Shown: positions 29,365-39,255 of the stretch, in pieces | How the letters are laid out: each line of letters begins with the position of its first letter | Position numbering within the stretch: the stretch's first letter is position 1 | The notes under the pieces: model-generated | What the model was told of the DNA's origin: nothing | Database searches by the model: none | The model's input: only the letters and a program-made list of their open reading frames with translations | Made by a program: the position numbers and the translations under genes | Origin: Deltaproteobacteria bacterium | Lineage (GTDB): Bacteria > Desulfobacterota > Desulfobaccia > Desulfobaccales > 0-14-0-80-60-11 | Direction: 5' to 3' | Length of the DNA stretch: 47,623 nt | Assembly: GCA_016208235.1 (NCBI GenBank) | Contig: JACQYN010000021.1 | Coordinates: forward strand, 1 to 47,623

Positions 29365-30783
29365 ATGAGTAATAAGGGCTGCGACCTCGGCTTGGTGGGC
29401 CTGGGCGCCATGGGCCGGAACCTGGTGTTGAACCTGGCGGACCACGGCGTTGCCGTGGCCGTCTATAACCGCACCCCGGCCAGGACCCGGGAATTCATGG
29501 ACCGGGAAGCAGGCGACCGGGATATCCGCGCCGGTTATACCCCGGCGGAATTTGTGGGGCATCTGCAGCAGCCCCGGGCCGTCATCATTATGGTGGCCGC
29601 GGGGGAGCCGGTGGACGCGGTGATTGACGAACTCCTGCCCCTTCTCACCTCCCGGGACCTGCTCATCGATGGCGGCAATTCCTATTTTAAGGATACCGAC
29701 CGCCGGGGCCGGGCCCTGGCGGCCAAGGGGCTGCTTTACCTGGGACTGGGCATCTCCGGGGGTGAGCAGGGGGCTCGCCACGGCCCCAGCCTGATGCCCG
29801 GCGGGCCCCGGGAGGCCTATGACCGGGTGCGGCCCATCCTGGACGCGGTCGCGGCTAAAGTCCAGGGGGAGCCCTGCGTCGCCTACCTGGGGGGCGGCGC
29901 GGCCGGCCATTACGTGAAGATGGTCCATAACGGCATCGAGTACGCCGTCATGGAGCTGCTGGCCGAGAGCTACGACCTGCTGCGCCGGGGCCTGGGCCTG
30001 AACCCCGGGGAGGTGGCCGGAATTTTCGAAGAATGGAACCGGGGGGAATTGGCCTCTTACCTGGTGGAAATCACCGGCCCCATTCTCCGGCGGTTAGATG
30101 AAAAGACCGGCGAGCCTTTAATTGATCTGATTCTGGACCAGGCCCGGCAAAAAGGCACGGGCAAATGGACCTCCCAGGAGGCCATGGACCTGCAGGTCCC
30201 CACCCCCTGCATCGACACGGCGGTGATGATGCGGGACCTCTCCGGCTTTAAAGCCGAACGGGACGCGGCCAGCGGGGTGTTGGAGGGGCCCGCCCCGGTT
30301 TTCCCGGGGGACCGGCAGGCTTTTGTGGGACAGTTGGGCCGCGGACTTTACGCCGGTATGGCGCTGGCCTTCGCCCAGGGCCTGGCCCTGTTGCGCCAGG
30401 CCTCCCAGGCCTATGATTACGGGTTGGAACTGGCGGAAGTGGCCCGCATCTGGCGGGGAGGCTGTATCATCCGCGCGGCCCTGTTGGAGGACATCTGGGC
30501 CGCGTTCCGGGCCGACCCGGAGTTGCCTAACCTGCTGCTGGCCCCCCACCTGGGCTGGGAGGTCATGGCCCGGATGCCGGACTTGCGGGCCGTGGTCCGG
30601 GCCGCCGGGGACTTAGGGATTCCCGCGCCGGGCTTGATGGTTTCCCTGGCCTATTACGACGCTTTTCGCAGCGCCCGTCTGCCTTCGAATCTGATTCAGG
30701 CTCAGCGGGACTATTTCGGCGCCCACGGCTTTGAGCGGACGGATCTCCCCGGCGCCTTCCACACCAAGTGGACCAACGATTGA
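29365..30783 (+). CDS. gndA: NADP-dependent 6-phosphogluconate dehydrogenase (decarboxylating)
   Basis: GLGAMG, YNRT, DGGNS, ISGGEQGARHGP, KMVHNGIEY, QKGTGKW, WRGGCIIR, QAQRDYFGAH. Confidence 0.97.
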   Translation: MSNKGCDLGLVGLGAMGRNLVLNLADHGVAVAVYNRTPARTREFMDREAGDRDIRAGYTPAEFVGHLQQPRAVIIMVAAGEPVDAVIDELLPLLTSRDLLIDGGNSYFKDTDRRGRALAAKGLLYLGLGISGGEQGARHGPSLMPGGPREAYDRVRPILDAVAAKVQGEPCVAYLGGGAAGHYVKMVHNGIEYAVMELLAESYDLLRRGLGLNPGEVAGIFEEWNRGELASYLVEITGPILRRLDEKTGEPLIDLILDQARQKGTGKWTSQEAMDLQVPTPCIDTAVMMRDLSGFKAERDAASGVLEGPAPVFPGDRQAFVGQLGRGLYAGMALAFAQGLALLRQASQAYDYGLELAEVARIWRGGCIIRAALLEDIWAAFRADPELPNLLLAPHLGWEVMARMPDLRAVVRAAGDLGIPAPGLMVSLAYYDAFRSARLPSNLIQAQRDYFGAHGFERTDLPGAFHTKWTND

Positions 30784-30792
30784 GGAGGCTTT

Positions 30793-32349
30793 ATGGCGAC
30801 CGATCATCCGGCAGAGCCTACGGTTTTCGTGATTTTCGGGGCCGGCGGCGACCTGGCCTGGCGCAAGCTGATTCCCGCGCTCTACAACCTTTTCCTGGAC
30901 CGATGGCTGCCGGAAAAGTTCCTGATTCTGGGCCAGGGCCACCGTCATCTGAGCGACGCGGAATTCAGCCACCAACTGCGCCAGGGCGTGGACAAATTCT
31001 CCCGCCGGGGGAAGACCGAGGACGCGGCGTGGGACCTTTTTGCCGTCCATCTCACCTTCATTGCCTCGGAATTGGATGATTCTCAAGGCTATACCCAGCT
31101 CGCCAAGGACCTGGCAGTCAAGGATAAGGAATGGAACGTCAGGGCCAACCGGGTCTTCTATCTGGCGGTGCCGCCCCCCATGATCGGCGTCGTTACCCGG
31201 GAACTGGCCAAAGCGCGCCTCAACCTGGACCGCCAGCAGGCCCGCATTGTGGTGGAAAAACCTTTCGGCCAGGACCTGGCCTCAGCCCGGGAACTGAACC
31301 GCACCCTCGCCCAAACCTTTGACGAATCCCAAATCTTCCGTATTGACCACTACTTAGGCAAGGAGACAGTACAAAATATCCTGGCTTTCCGTTTTGCCAA
31401 CACCCTCTTTGAACCGGTGTGGAGCCGGCGCTACATCGATCACGTGCAGATCACCGTGGCCGAGCAGGTGGGCGTGGAGAACCGGGGGCATTACTACGAC
31501 GCGGCCGGGGCCCTCCGGGACATGATTCAAAATCACCTGTTGCAGATTCTCTGCCTCATCGCCATGGAGCCGCCCATTTCCTTCAACGCCGATGAAGTGC
31601 GCAACAAAAAGGTGGACGTGCTCAAAGCCGTCCGCCCCATTCTCCCGGAGCAGGTACAGCATTTCGCGGTGCGGGGGCAATACGGCGCGGGTTGGATCGA
31701 GGGCCAGCATATCCCCGGCTACCGGGCCGAACCCAACGTGGCCCCGGATTCCGCCACCGAAACCTATGCCGCGGTCAAACTCCTGGTGGACAACTGGCGC
31801 TGGCAAGGGGTGCCCTTCTATCTGCGCACCGGCAAGCGCCTCCAGGCCCGCATCTCCGAGGTCTCCATCCAATTCCGGCCTGTGCCCCACCACACCTTCC
31901 CGGCCACCGCGGTGCTGGACTGGCGCCCCAACCGCCTGATCATCGCCATTCAACCCGAGGAGGGTATCTTGCTGCGTTTTGAAGCCAAGTACCCCGGCCC
32001 CACCATGCGCCTCTCTCCGGTGATCATGCAGTTCTACTACCGGGAGGCCTTCCGCACCATTCCTCCCGAAGCTTACGAAACCTTGCTTCTGGATATCATG
32101 CGCGGTGATGCCACCCTCTTCATGCGGGCCGACCAGGCAGAAGCCGCCTGGGCGGTGCTCACCCCGGTTCTGGAGACCTGGGGGGCCATCCGGCCTACTG
32201 ACTTTCCCAACTATCAGGCCGGCACCTGGGGCCCGGAAGCCGCAGACATTTTGATCGCCCAGGACGGGCGCAACTGGGTGATGCCCACCTTCCTGCAGTG
32301 CCAGGAGGACATCGCGGTCTGCCGGGTCACCATGACGCCTTCGTCTTAG
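30793..32349 (+). CDS. zwf: Glucose-6-phosphate 1-dehydrogenase
   Basis: FGAGGDLAWRKL, EKPFG, RIDHYLGKE, DMIQNH, WRWQGVPFYLRTGK. Confidence 0.97.
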   Translation: MATDHPAEPTVFVIFGAGGDLAWRKLIPALYNLFLDRWLPEKFLILGQGHRHLSDAEFSHQLRQGVDKFSRRGKTEDAAWDLFAVHLTFIASELDDSQGYTQLAKDLAVKDKEWNVRANRVFYLAVPPPMIGVVTRELAKARLNLDRQQARIVVEKPFGQDLASARELNRTLAQTFDESQIFRIDHYLGKETVQNILAFRFANTLFEPVWSRRYIDHVQITVAEQVGVENRGHYYDAAGALRDMIQNHLLQILCLIAMEPPISFNADEVRNKKVDVLKAVRPILPEQVQHFAVRGQYGAGWIEGQHIPGYRAEPNVAPDSATETYAAVKLLVDNWRWQGVPFYLRTGKRLQARISEVSIQFRPVPHHTFPATAVLDWRPNRLIIAIQPEEGILLRFEAKYPGPTMRLSPVIMQFYYREAFRTIPPEAYETLLLDIMRGDATLFMRADQAEAAWAVLTPVLETWGAIRPTDFPNYQAGTWGPEAADILIAQDGRNWVMPTFLQCQEDIAVCRVTMTPSS

Positions 32350-32635
32350 GCCGCAGCAGGCATTAGCTAGTTTCCATTTTTCTGTTTTTTGCTAAAAGAA
32401 TTAATATAACCAATAGGTTAACCAGTAAGTTTACAGTATCTGCAAGGAAGGATGTTCGGCGATGGCATGTGCATATGGCTTCGCCATTTTCTTTAACCCA
32501 CCGCTAACACATGTCGCTTCCCAGGGTCAAAACCTAAAGAAGTCTCCCTAAACAGTTTTTGGCGGTAGGCCCAGATTGCCGTATAATTCAGGAATAAATG
32601 AAGGCGATGGAACGAACTGAGTTGGAGATCAAGAA

Positions 32636-33190
32636 ATGGGATTGTTTTACAGGATCGCGGTGCTGATCCTATTATTCATGAGGCTTGGCGCTTTGCCCAC
32701 GGAATCCTGGGGTTCCGGGCCAACGTTAGGGAAGCGGGCTCCAGACTTTCAGGTGGAATCCGGGGACAACCAAACACTCTCCCTGGATATGATTCGGGGT
32801 AAGGTGATTGTTCTCTTTTATGAATCCAGAAACGTGATCAAGAAGAATATCAAATTAAAAAATGAATTAAAACGGTTATACCTGGCGCAGCCGGCCAACA
32901 TCCAAAAAGATATTTTCCGGCTGGTGGTAATTGACTGTTCCGAAGCTTACTGGCCCACCACCCCCATCTGGAAAAGCAAGCTCAAGGAGCACTCCAGGAA
33001 AGAAGGATTCACCATTTATGGCGATTGGAACAAGAGAATGTTTGCGGACTATCATATGAAACGTGAGGAAAGTAATTTTCTCATTATTGACAAGCGAGGC
33101 GTTATCAGATATTCGGCTGCTTACAAGGTAGAAAACAGCCAATTTGAGAAAATCAAAGGTGTCTTATCCTCCTTGGTTCAGGAGAAATAA
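32636..33190 (+). CDS. Exported thioredoxin-like-fold protein (YtfJ/redoxin-like)
   Basis: Signal peptide; GKRAPDF, GKVIVLFYE, IYGDW, FLIIDKRGVIRY; no CxxC; visibly AT-rich. Confidence 0.65.
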   Translation: MGLFYRIAVLILLFMRLGALPTESWGSGPTLGKRAPDFQVESGDNQTLSLDMIRGKVIVLFYESRNVIKKNIKLKNELKRLYLAQPANIQKDIFRLVVIDCSEAYWPTTPIWKSKLKEHSRKEGFTIYGDWNKRMFADYHMKREESNFLIIDKRGVIRYSAAYKVENSQFEKIKGVLSSLVQEK

Positions 33191-33282
33191 AAAAACTCAA
33201 GCAGCGCCAGAGTATTTCCCCCGCAGGAGAATGTTGGCCACCTGCTCCACCACCTAGCCCGGGGCCGCTGCCCTCCGCGCCG

Positions 33283-34006
33283 TTGATCCTGCAGACCTTT
33301 CCCGACCTGGAGTCCTTGAGCCGGGCTGCGGCCGGACTCTTTGCCCGGCTGGCGGCAGACGCGGTGAACACCCGGGGCCGCTTCAGCGTGGCCCTCTCCG
33401 GGGGGCTCACCCCTCGCCGCGCCTATGAAATCCTGGCCCAACCTCCCTTCCGAGAGCAACTCCCCTGGGACCGCATCCACGTCTTCTGGGGAGATGAGCG
33501 CTGCTTGGACCCGGCCGATCCCCGGAGCAACGCCCGCCTGGCCCGGGAAGCCTTGCTGGATCACGTGCCTCTGCCCCAGGCGCAAATCCACCCTTTCCTT
33601 TGCCATCCTTCACCCGCGGCCGGGGCCCGGGAGTATGAAGTTTTTCTCCGGGATTTCTTCGGGGAAGCGCCGTCGCGCCTGGACCTGGTGTTTCTGGGAC
33701 TGGGGGAAAACGGCCCACACCGCTTCCCTTTTTCCTGATGACGCGGCGCTGGAGGAACAAGGGCGCTGGACCGCGGCCGTGCACGCCCCCGGGGAGGACC
33801 TGCACCGGGTTACCCTCACCCCGGCCTTGATCAATCAGGCCGCGGTGGTGGCCTTTTTGGTGGCGGGCGCGGCCAAGGCCGGGGTGCTAAGGGAAGTAAT
33901 ACAAAAGCCCCGGGACCCCCGGCGTCTGCCCGCCCAACTGATCAATCCGGAGAACGGCGAACTCTATTGGCTGGTGGACCGGGAAGCCGCGGGACAGTTG
34001 CATTGA
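33283..34006 (+). pseudogene. pgl: 6-phosphogluconolactonase with a +1 frameshift
   Basis: ALSGG.TP, FWGDER, SN, LGLGENG in one frame; HTASLFP, RVTLT, LVAG.AKA, LPA, WLVD in the next; extra C in ggcccacac (33714-33716). Confidence 0.88.
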
Positions 34007-34131
34007 AAAAACAGGGGCTAAGAAATGGTGGCCGGCCTTTGGACTGGCCGCAGACCGGCTCCGCCATTATTCTGAAGGTTTTATCGCGGTCGTATATGTC
34101 CGCATTTATTGAGGATACAGTGTAGTCCCCA

Positions 34132-34206
34132 TGGAGCCGGCACGGGGATTCGAACCCCGGACCTGCTGATTACGAATCAGCTGCTCTACCGCTGAGCTAT
34201 GCCGGC
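34132..34206 (-). tRNA. tRNA-Thr (CGT)
   Basis: GCCGGCATAGCTCAGCGGTAGAGCAGCTGATT-CGT-AATCAGCAGGTCCGGGGTTCGAATCCCCGTGCCGGCTCCA; cloverleaf with encoded CCA. Confidence 0.97.
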
Positions 34207-34245
34207 TGCTTTGCAAATTGCGGCGCTAAATCGATATTCCCTAAA

Positions 34246-34274
34246 AAGATATGCCACGATCCTGAAGCCGTCAA
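34246..34274 (-). promoter_or_regulatory. Sigma70-type promoter for tRNA-Thr
   Basis: TTGACG - 17 nt - TATCTT on the minus strand, 40 nt upstream of the tRNA. Confidence 0.55.
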
Positions 34275-34402
34275 GCAGAATTGGCGGTCAGCTCCCCCTG
34301 GTCTCCAGCTGCCGGCGGCGCAGTTTCCGGGCGACTTTATCTCATCCCTGCCTTTTAGTATCTTGACGCTGAGGGCCGGTCCGGGTTATATGTGTAAGTC
34401 AC

Positions 34403-34477
34403 AGGCACGTAGCTCAGGGGGAGAGCACTACCTTGACGCGGTAGGGGTCAGGGGTTCAAATCCCCTCGTGCCTACCA
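34403..34477 (+). tRNA. tRNA-Val (GAC)
   Basis: AGGCACGTAGCTCAGGGGGAGAGCACTACCTT-GAC-GCGGTAGGGGTCAGGGGTTCAAATCCCCTCGTGCCTACCA. Confidence 0.97.
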
Positions 34478-34485
34478 GGATTTTC

Positions 34486-34519
34486 AAGGGGTTATGGTCT
34501 GGGACTATAACCCCTTTTT
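34486..34519 (+). terminator. Intrinsic terminator after tRNA-Val
   Basis: aaggggttatggtc-tgg-gactataacccctt followed by a T tract. Confidence 0.75.
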
Positions 34520-34872
34520 GCTTTCCGGCATCCTTTCCATTATGGCCGCCGGCTTCCCTCCAGGATGGCCGCCTCCTAACCGGAGTGGCAGAATTGGGAA
34601 AATTGGTTTAAAAATGTCAAATAAACCCGATGCCCATTGGGGCTTCCATCTCCCAGGTGCGTCCCAAAGGGCTTCATCCAGGCTACAAACAGTTTTCAAG
34701 GTTCTTTGTAAGAGAATTTTGGACAAACAAATCAGAAATTATCTGATTTCAAGTCATTATTGCACCTGTTAAGTAATCTCTACAGTTTTTACTAGAGACT
34801 TGGGGCTAATTTTTTTTATCCTCCCTTGGGACAATCAAAGAGGGGAATGGATCAGATGAAGAGGAGCAGCCT

Positions 34873-36476
34873 ATGAAGACCGTGGCTGAGAAGATAAAGG
34901 AGTTGCAGGAGAAGGAGGCTAAAGTTCGGGGCATGGGTGGGGCCAAGGCGGTGGAGAAGCAGCACGCCAGCGGCAAGCTCACCGCCCGGGAGCGGTTGGA
35001 CCTCTTTTTCAGCACGCCAGCGGCAAGCTCACCGCCCGGGAGCGGTTGGACCTCTTTTTTGATCCCGGCACCTTCCGGGAGACCGATATCTTTGTGACCC
35101 ATCGCTGCGTCAATTTCGGCATGGAGAAGGTGGAGATCCCCGCGGACGGCGTGGTCACCGGCTTCGGCAAGGTGAACGGCCGCACCGTGTTCGCGTTTGC
35201 CCAGGATTTCACCAGTCGCGCCGGCTCGCTGGGGGAGATGCACTCGAAGAAAATCTGCAAGGTCATGGACCTGGCCTTGAAGGCCGGGGCGCCCTTCGTG
35301 GGCTTCAACGACTCCGGCGGCGCCCGCATCCAGGAAGGCGTGGACTCCCTGGCCGCGTACGGCCAGATCTTCTACCGGAACGCCATCGCCTCCGGGGTCA
35401 TCCCCCAGATCTCGGCCATCATGGGCCCCACCGCGGGGGGCGCGGTCTACTCCCCGGCCATGACGGACTATATCTTCATGGTGAAAAACACCTCCTACAT
35501 GTTCATCACCGGGCCGGACGTGATCAAGAGCGTCACCGGCGAAGAGATCACCTTTGAGGACCTGGGCGGCGCGCTGGCCCACAACCAGAAGTCCGGGGTG
35601 GCCCATTTCGCGTGCGAGTCGGACGCGGACGCCATCGAGCAGATCAAAAAGCTCCTGGGCTATCTCCCCAGCAACAACATGGAAGACCCGCCCATCGCGC
35701 CTTGCGCGGACCCGGCTAACCGGCAGGATGCGGCCCTGGACAGCATTGTCCCGGACAGCCCCCGGGCTTCTTATGACATGCACGACGTGATCCGGGCGAT
35801 AGTGGACGACGGGGACTTTTTCGAGCCGCACCACTACTTCGCCCAGAACATCATCACCGCGTTCGCCCGGCTGAACGGCCGGCCCGTGGGCATCATCGCC
35901 AACCAGCCCAAGGTCCTGGCCGGCTGCCTGGACGTGGACGCGGCGGACAAGGCCTGCCGCTTCATCCGCTTTTGCGACGCGTTCAACGTGCCGCTCTTGA
36001 CCATCGCCGACGTACCCGGGTATCTGCCGGGGAGCGACCAGGAGTGGCGGGGCATCATCCGCCACGGGGCCAAGCTTTTGTGGTGCTACTCCGAGGCCAC
36101 GGTGCCCAAGCTGACCTTGATCACCCGCAAAGACTACGGCGGCTCGTATCTGGCCATGTGCTCCCGGGACCTGGGCGCGGACATGGTGCTCGCCTGGCCC
36201 ACCGCGGAGATCGCGGTCATGGGCGCGTCGGGCGCGGCCAACGTCATCTTTAGAAAAGAGATCGCGGCCGCCGCGGACCCTGCGGCCAAGCGCCAGGAGA
36301 TCATCGATAATTATGAGAACCTGCTCTACAACCCCTATATTGCTGCGTCCCGGGGTTTTGTGGACCAGGTCATCGTCCCCCGGGAGACCCGGCCCCGGCT
36401 GATTGAGGCCCTGGAGGCCATGTGCACCAAGCGGGAGACCCTGCCGGCCAAGAAGCACGGGAATATTCCGGTTTAG
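34873..36476 (+). pseudogene. Acyl-CoA carboxyltransferase (methylmalonyl-CoA carboxyltransferase 12S / PccB / MmdA family), frameshifted by a 50-bp duplication
   Basis: GKLTARERLDLF, DGVVTG, DSGGARIQEG, GGAVYSPA, ITGPDV, DVPGYLPG, KKHGNIP; GAGGAG RBS. Confidence 0.9.
34960..35059. repeat. Exact 50-bp tandem duplication in the carboxyltransferase gene
   Basis: 34960-35009 equals 35010-35059; removing one copy gives ARERLDLFFDPGTF. Confidence 0.95.
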
Positions 36477-36478
36477 GG

Positions 36479-36756
36479 GCCAGTAGTCAGTGGCCAGTGA
36501 TCAGTGAATACCGGCTGTATTTCTCCCCCTCCCCTGGTGGGAGGGGGCTGTGGCATAAGCGTTGACTTATACAATATTTGTCATTCTGAACGGAGCGAAG
36601 CGGAGTGAAGAATCTCGCTTTTTCCAGAACATTTGAGATTCTTCGCTGCGCTCAGAATGACAAAAGAGCCTTAGGTTAGCGCTTATGAGGGGTTGAGGGG
36701 AGGATGGCGAAAGACGCCACCCCCACCCCGGCCCTCCCCCCTCAAGGGGGAGGGAG
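36479..36756. repeat. Nested repeat stack: CAGT heptamer array, then a C-rich/G-rich REP-like element interrupted by a CATAAGCG-ended module containing a TGTCATTCTGA palindrome
   Basis: Heptamers 36479-36506; outer ctccccctcccctggtgggaggggg ... ccctcccccctcaagggggagggag; inverted ends cataagcgttgac (36554-36566) and gttagcgcttatg (36675-36687); inner palindrome 36579-36662. Confidence 0.8.
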
Positions 36757-36816
36757 GATTCTGAGGAAGAGGAAATAGACTAGAGCCTTTGATAAAGGGC
36801 GTACAGGAGATTCGAT

Positions 36817-37020
36817 ATGCCCATAAAACCGCAAATTTTAGCGGCCATCAGCGGCGGGATTTCCGCGTATTTGGCCGATGAGGAAGCCGCGTGCCAGGCC
36901 GCGGCCTTAAGCATGGCCGCGGCCCAAGTCCCGGGTCCGCCGCCCAACCTCTGGGGCCTGGCGGGCCGCAGCGAAGCCATGCAGATGCGGATGCTGATGC
37001 AGCGCCGGAGTTTGAGATGA
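36817..37020 (+). CDS. Small accessory subunit of an acyl-CoA carboxylase/carboxyltransferase (epsilon-like)
   Basis: ILAAISGGISAYL...Ala/Pro linker...NLWGLAGR; AGGAG RBS; lies between the carboxyltransferase and biotin genes. Confidence 0.75.
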   Translation: MPIKPQILAAISGGISAYLADEEAACQAAALSMAAAQVPGPPPNLWGLAGRSEAMQMRMLMQRRSLR

Positions 37021-37023
37021 AGA

Positions 37024-37191
37024 AGCTGTCAGCTATCAGCCATCAGCTTTCAGCTAAAGAATAGCGATAAGGGCGCGCCCTGTGCGCCATTAATGGTGCG
37101 TGGAACTACGGAAAACGGAAAACAGAAAACGGAAAACAGTTATAGGGCGGCCCGTGGCCGCCATCAATCGGCGTGCACGGCACGCCCTATA
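37024..37191. repeat. Two heptamer arrays and a REP-like doublet
   Basis: agctgtc-agctatc-agccatc-agctttc (37024-37055); (acggaaa/acagaaa)n (37108-37139); tatagggcg...cgccctata (37141-37191). Confidence 0.8.
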
Positions 37192-37207
37192 AGCTAAGGA
37201 GTAACCC

Positions 37208-39156
37208 ATGGCTGGAAAAAACCCCGTCAAGTTCACGGACACCACCTTCCGGGACGGCCACCAGTCGCTGTTGGCCACCCGGATGCGCACCGAAGACATC
37301 GTGCCCTTCATGGAACGCATGGACCAGATGGGCTACTGGGCCATCGAGGTCTGGGGCGGCGCGACTTTTGACACCTCCTGGGGGACGACCCCTGGGACCG
37401 CATCCGCACCATCAAGGGGATCCTGAAGAAGACCCCCACCATGATGCTGCTTGGGGGCCAGAACCTGGTGGGCTACCGCAATTACGCGGACGACGTCACC
37501 TACCGCTTCGTGCGTTACGCCGCGGAGGCAGGCGTGGACGTCTTCCGGGTCTTCGACGCGCTTAACGACATGCGCAACTGGGAAGTGTCGGTGAAGGCCC
37601 TGATGGACGCCAAGAAGCAAGGCCTCATGGCCCACTTCCAGGCCGCGGTCTGCTACTCGCTCACCCAAAGGCGCATGGGCGGCCCCATCTTTAATCTCGA
37701 CTACTACACCAAGTTCGCCAAGCGGTCCGAGGAGATGGGCGCGGACAGCTTCGTGCTCAAGGACATGGCCGGCATGTGCTCCCCCAACGACGCCTACGAG
37801 ATCATCAAGGCGCTCAAAGAGACCATCAAGATCCCGGTGGAGTTCCACACCCACTACACCTCCGGCCAGGGTTCCATGAGTTATCTCAAAGCCATCGAAG
37901 CGGGCGTGGACGTGTTGGATACGTGCTTAAGCCCCTTTGCCCTACGCACCTCGCAGCCCGCGATAGAGCCCTTGATCGTCAGCGTGGAGCAAACAGGCCG
38001 GGAAACGGACATGGACCTCGCCAAGCTCATCGAGATCGGCCAGGACCTGGAGAAGGTGGCGGTGAAGTACCGGGACCTGTTGGACACCTCCAAGATGGCC
38101 CAGATCGACACCGGCGTGCTGCTGCACCAGATCCCCGGGGGCATGTATTCCAACCTGGTGAACCAGCTCAAAGAAGCCAACGCCCTGGACCGCATCCTGG
38201 AGGTGATGGCGGAGCTGCCCCAGACCCGGGAAGAGCTGGGCTACCCGCCCCTGGTCACCCCCACCTCCCAGATCGTGGGCATCCAGGCGGTGATGAACGT
38301 GCTCTTCGGGCGCTATAAAATGGTGCCCGCGGAGGTCAAGGGCCTGGCCTACGGCCTCTATGGCAAGACCCCGGCGCCCATGGACGCCAAGGTCCAGAAG
38401 ATTATTTTGAAGGGCTACGAACGGGGGGAGAAGCCCACCACCAAGCGGCCCGGCGAAATCCTGGAGCCGGAATGGGACAAGGCGGTGGCCGACACCAAGG
38501 GGCTGGCCAAAAACGATGGCGACGTCCTCATCTATGCGCTCTACCCCACCACCGGCGCCCGGTTCCTCAAGTGGAAGTACGGCCTGGAGGAAGTGCCCGC
38601 GGAAGTCAAGGCCAAGACCCTGGAGCAGGTGAAGCTGGAAGACGACGTTTACACTACCATCAAGGCCAAGAAGCTCTTCGCCAAGGTGAAGGAATACCTC
38701 GATTCCCTGGAAAAGCCGCTGCCGGGAAAAGGCCCGGGCCTGCGCACCTTCAACGTCTTCGTGGAGGGGCAGTACTATGAGGTGGAAGTGGAGTGCACCT
38801 CCGGCGCGCCGGTGATCACCGGGGTCACTCCGGGGATGATGGCCGCGCCCGCGGCGGCGGCCGCGCCCCGGCCCGCGGCCGCGCCCGCGGCGGCCCCCAG
38901 ACCTGCGGCTGCGGCTCCGGCCGCTGAGCTGGCCGCCGGCGAAGTGCCGCTGCGCGCGCCCATGCCGGGGATGATCATCAGCTACAGCGTCAAAGTCGGG
39001 GACAAGGTGGCCACCGGCGACCTGGTCTGCGTGCTGGAGGCCATGAAGATGCAAAACAGCCTCCCCGCACCCGCGTCCGGCACCATCAAAGCCATCAACT
39101 TCGAACCCGGCGCGTCCGTAGCCAAAGACGCCATCATCCTGGTAATCGGGAAATAA
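37208..39156 (+). pseudogene. Pyruvate/oxaloacetate carboxyltransferase (PycB/OadA/5S-like) fused to a biotin carrier; frameshift near 37375
   Basis: [25 protein letters not shown] in one frame; DDPWDRI, FRVFDALND, KDMAG, HTHYTSG, HQIPGGM, PPLVTPTSQIVG, Ala/Pro linker and EAMKM in the next; about 10 nt missing versus the family pattern. Confidence 0.88.
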
Positions 39157-39166
39157 GAACACGGCA

Positions 39167-39204
39167 GGGGGAGGGGCAGGGGCCATAAACCCTTACCCTT
39201 CCCC
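39167..39204 (+). terminator. G-rich/C-rich hairpin after the biotin-carrier gene (terminator or repeat-derived)
   Basis: gggggaggggcagggg ... cccttacccttcccc; resembles the outer arms at 23700-23800. Confidence 0.45.
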
Positions 39205-39255
39205 AGTTTCCTTATTGGCAAAAAGTAAGTCCAGACTCCGATTAAGGAGGCAGTC

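Noticed and set aside
33700-33725. Programmed frameshift in pgl
   Set aside because: A single extra C in the conserved G-H-T-A-S codons explains the break more simply, and I know of no recoding precedent for pgl.
34132-34870. tRNA pair as an integration site for a genomic island
   Set aside because: No integrase and no duplicated tRNA 3' end seen in the window; flanking genes are metabolic.
38840-38930. GC-rich quasi-repeat (gcggccgcgccc)n
   Set aside because: Encodes the ordinary Ala/Pro linker before the biotin domain.
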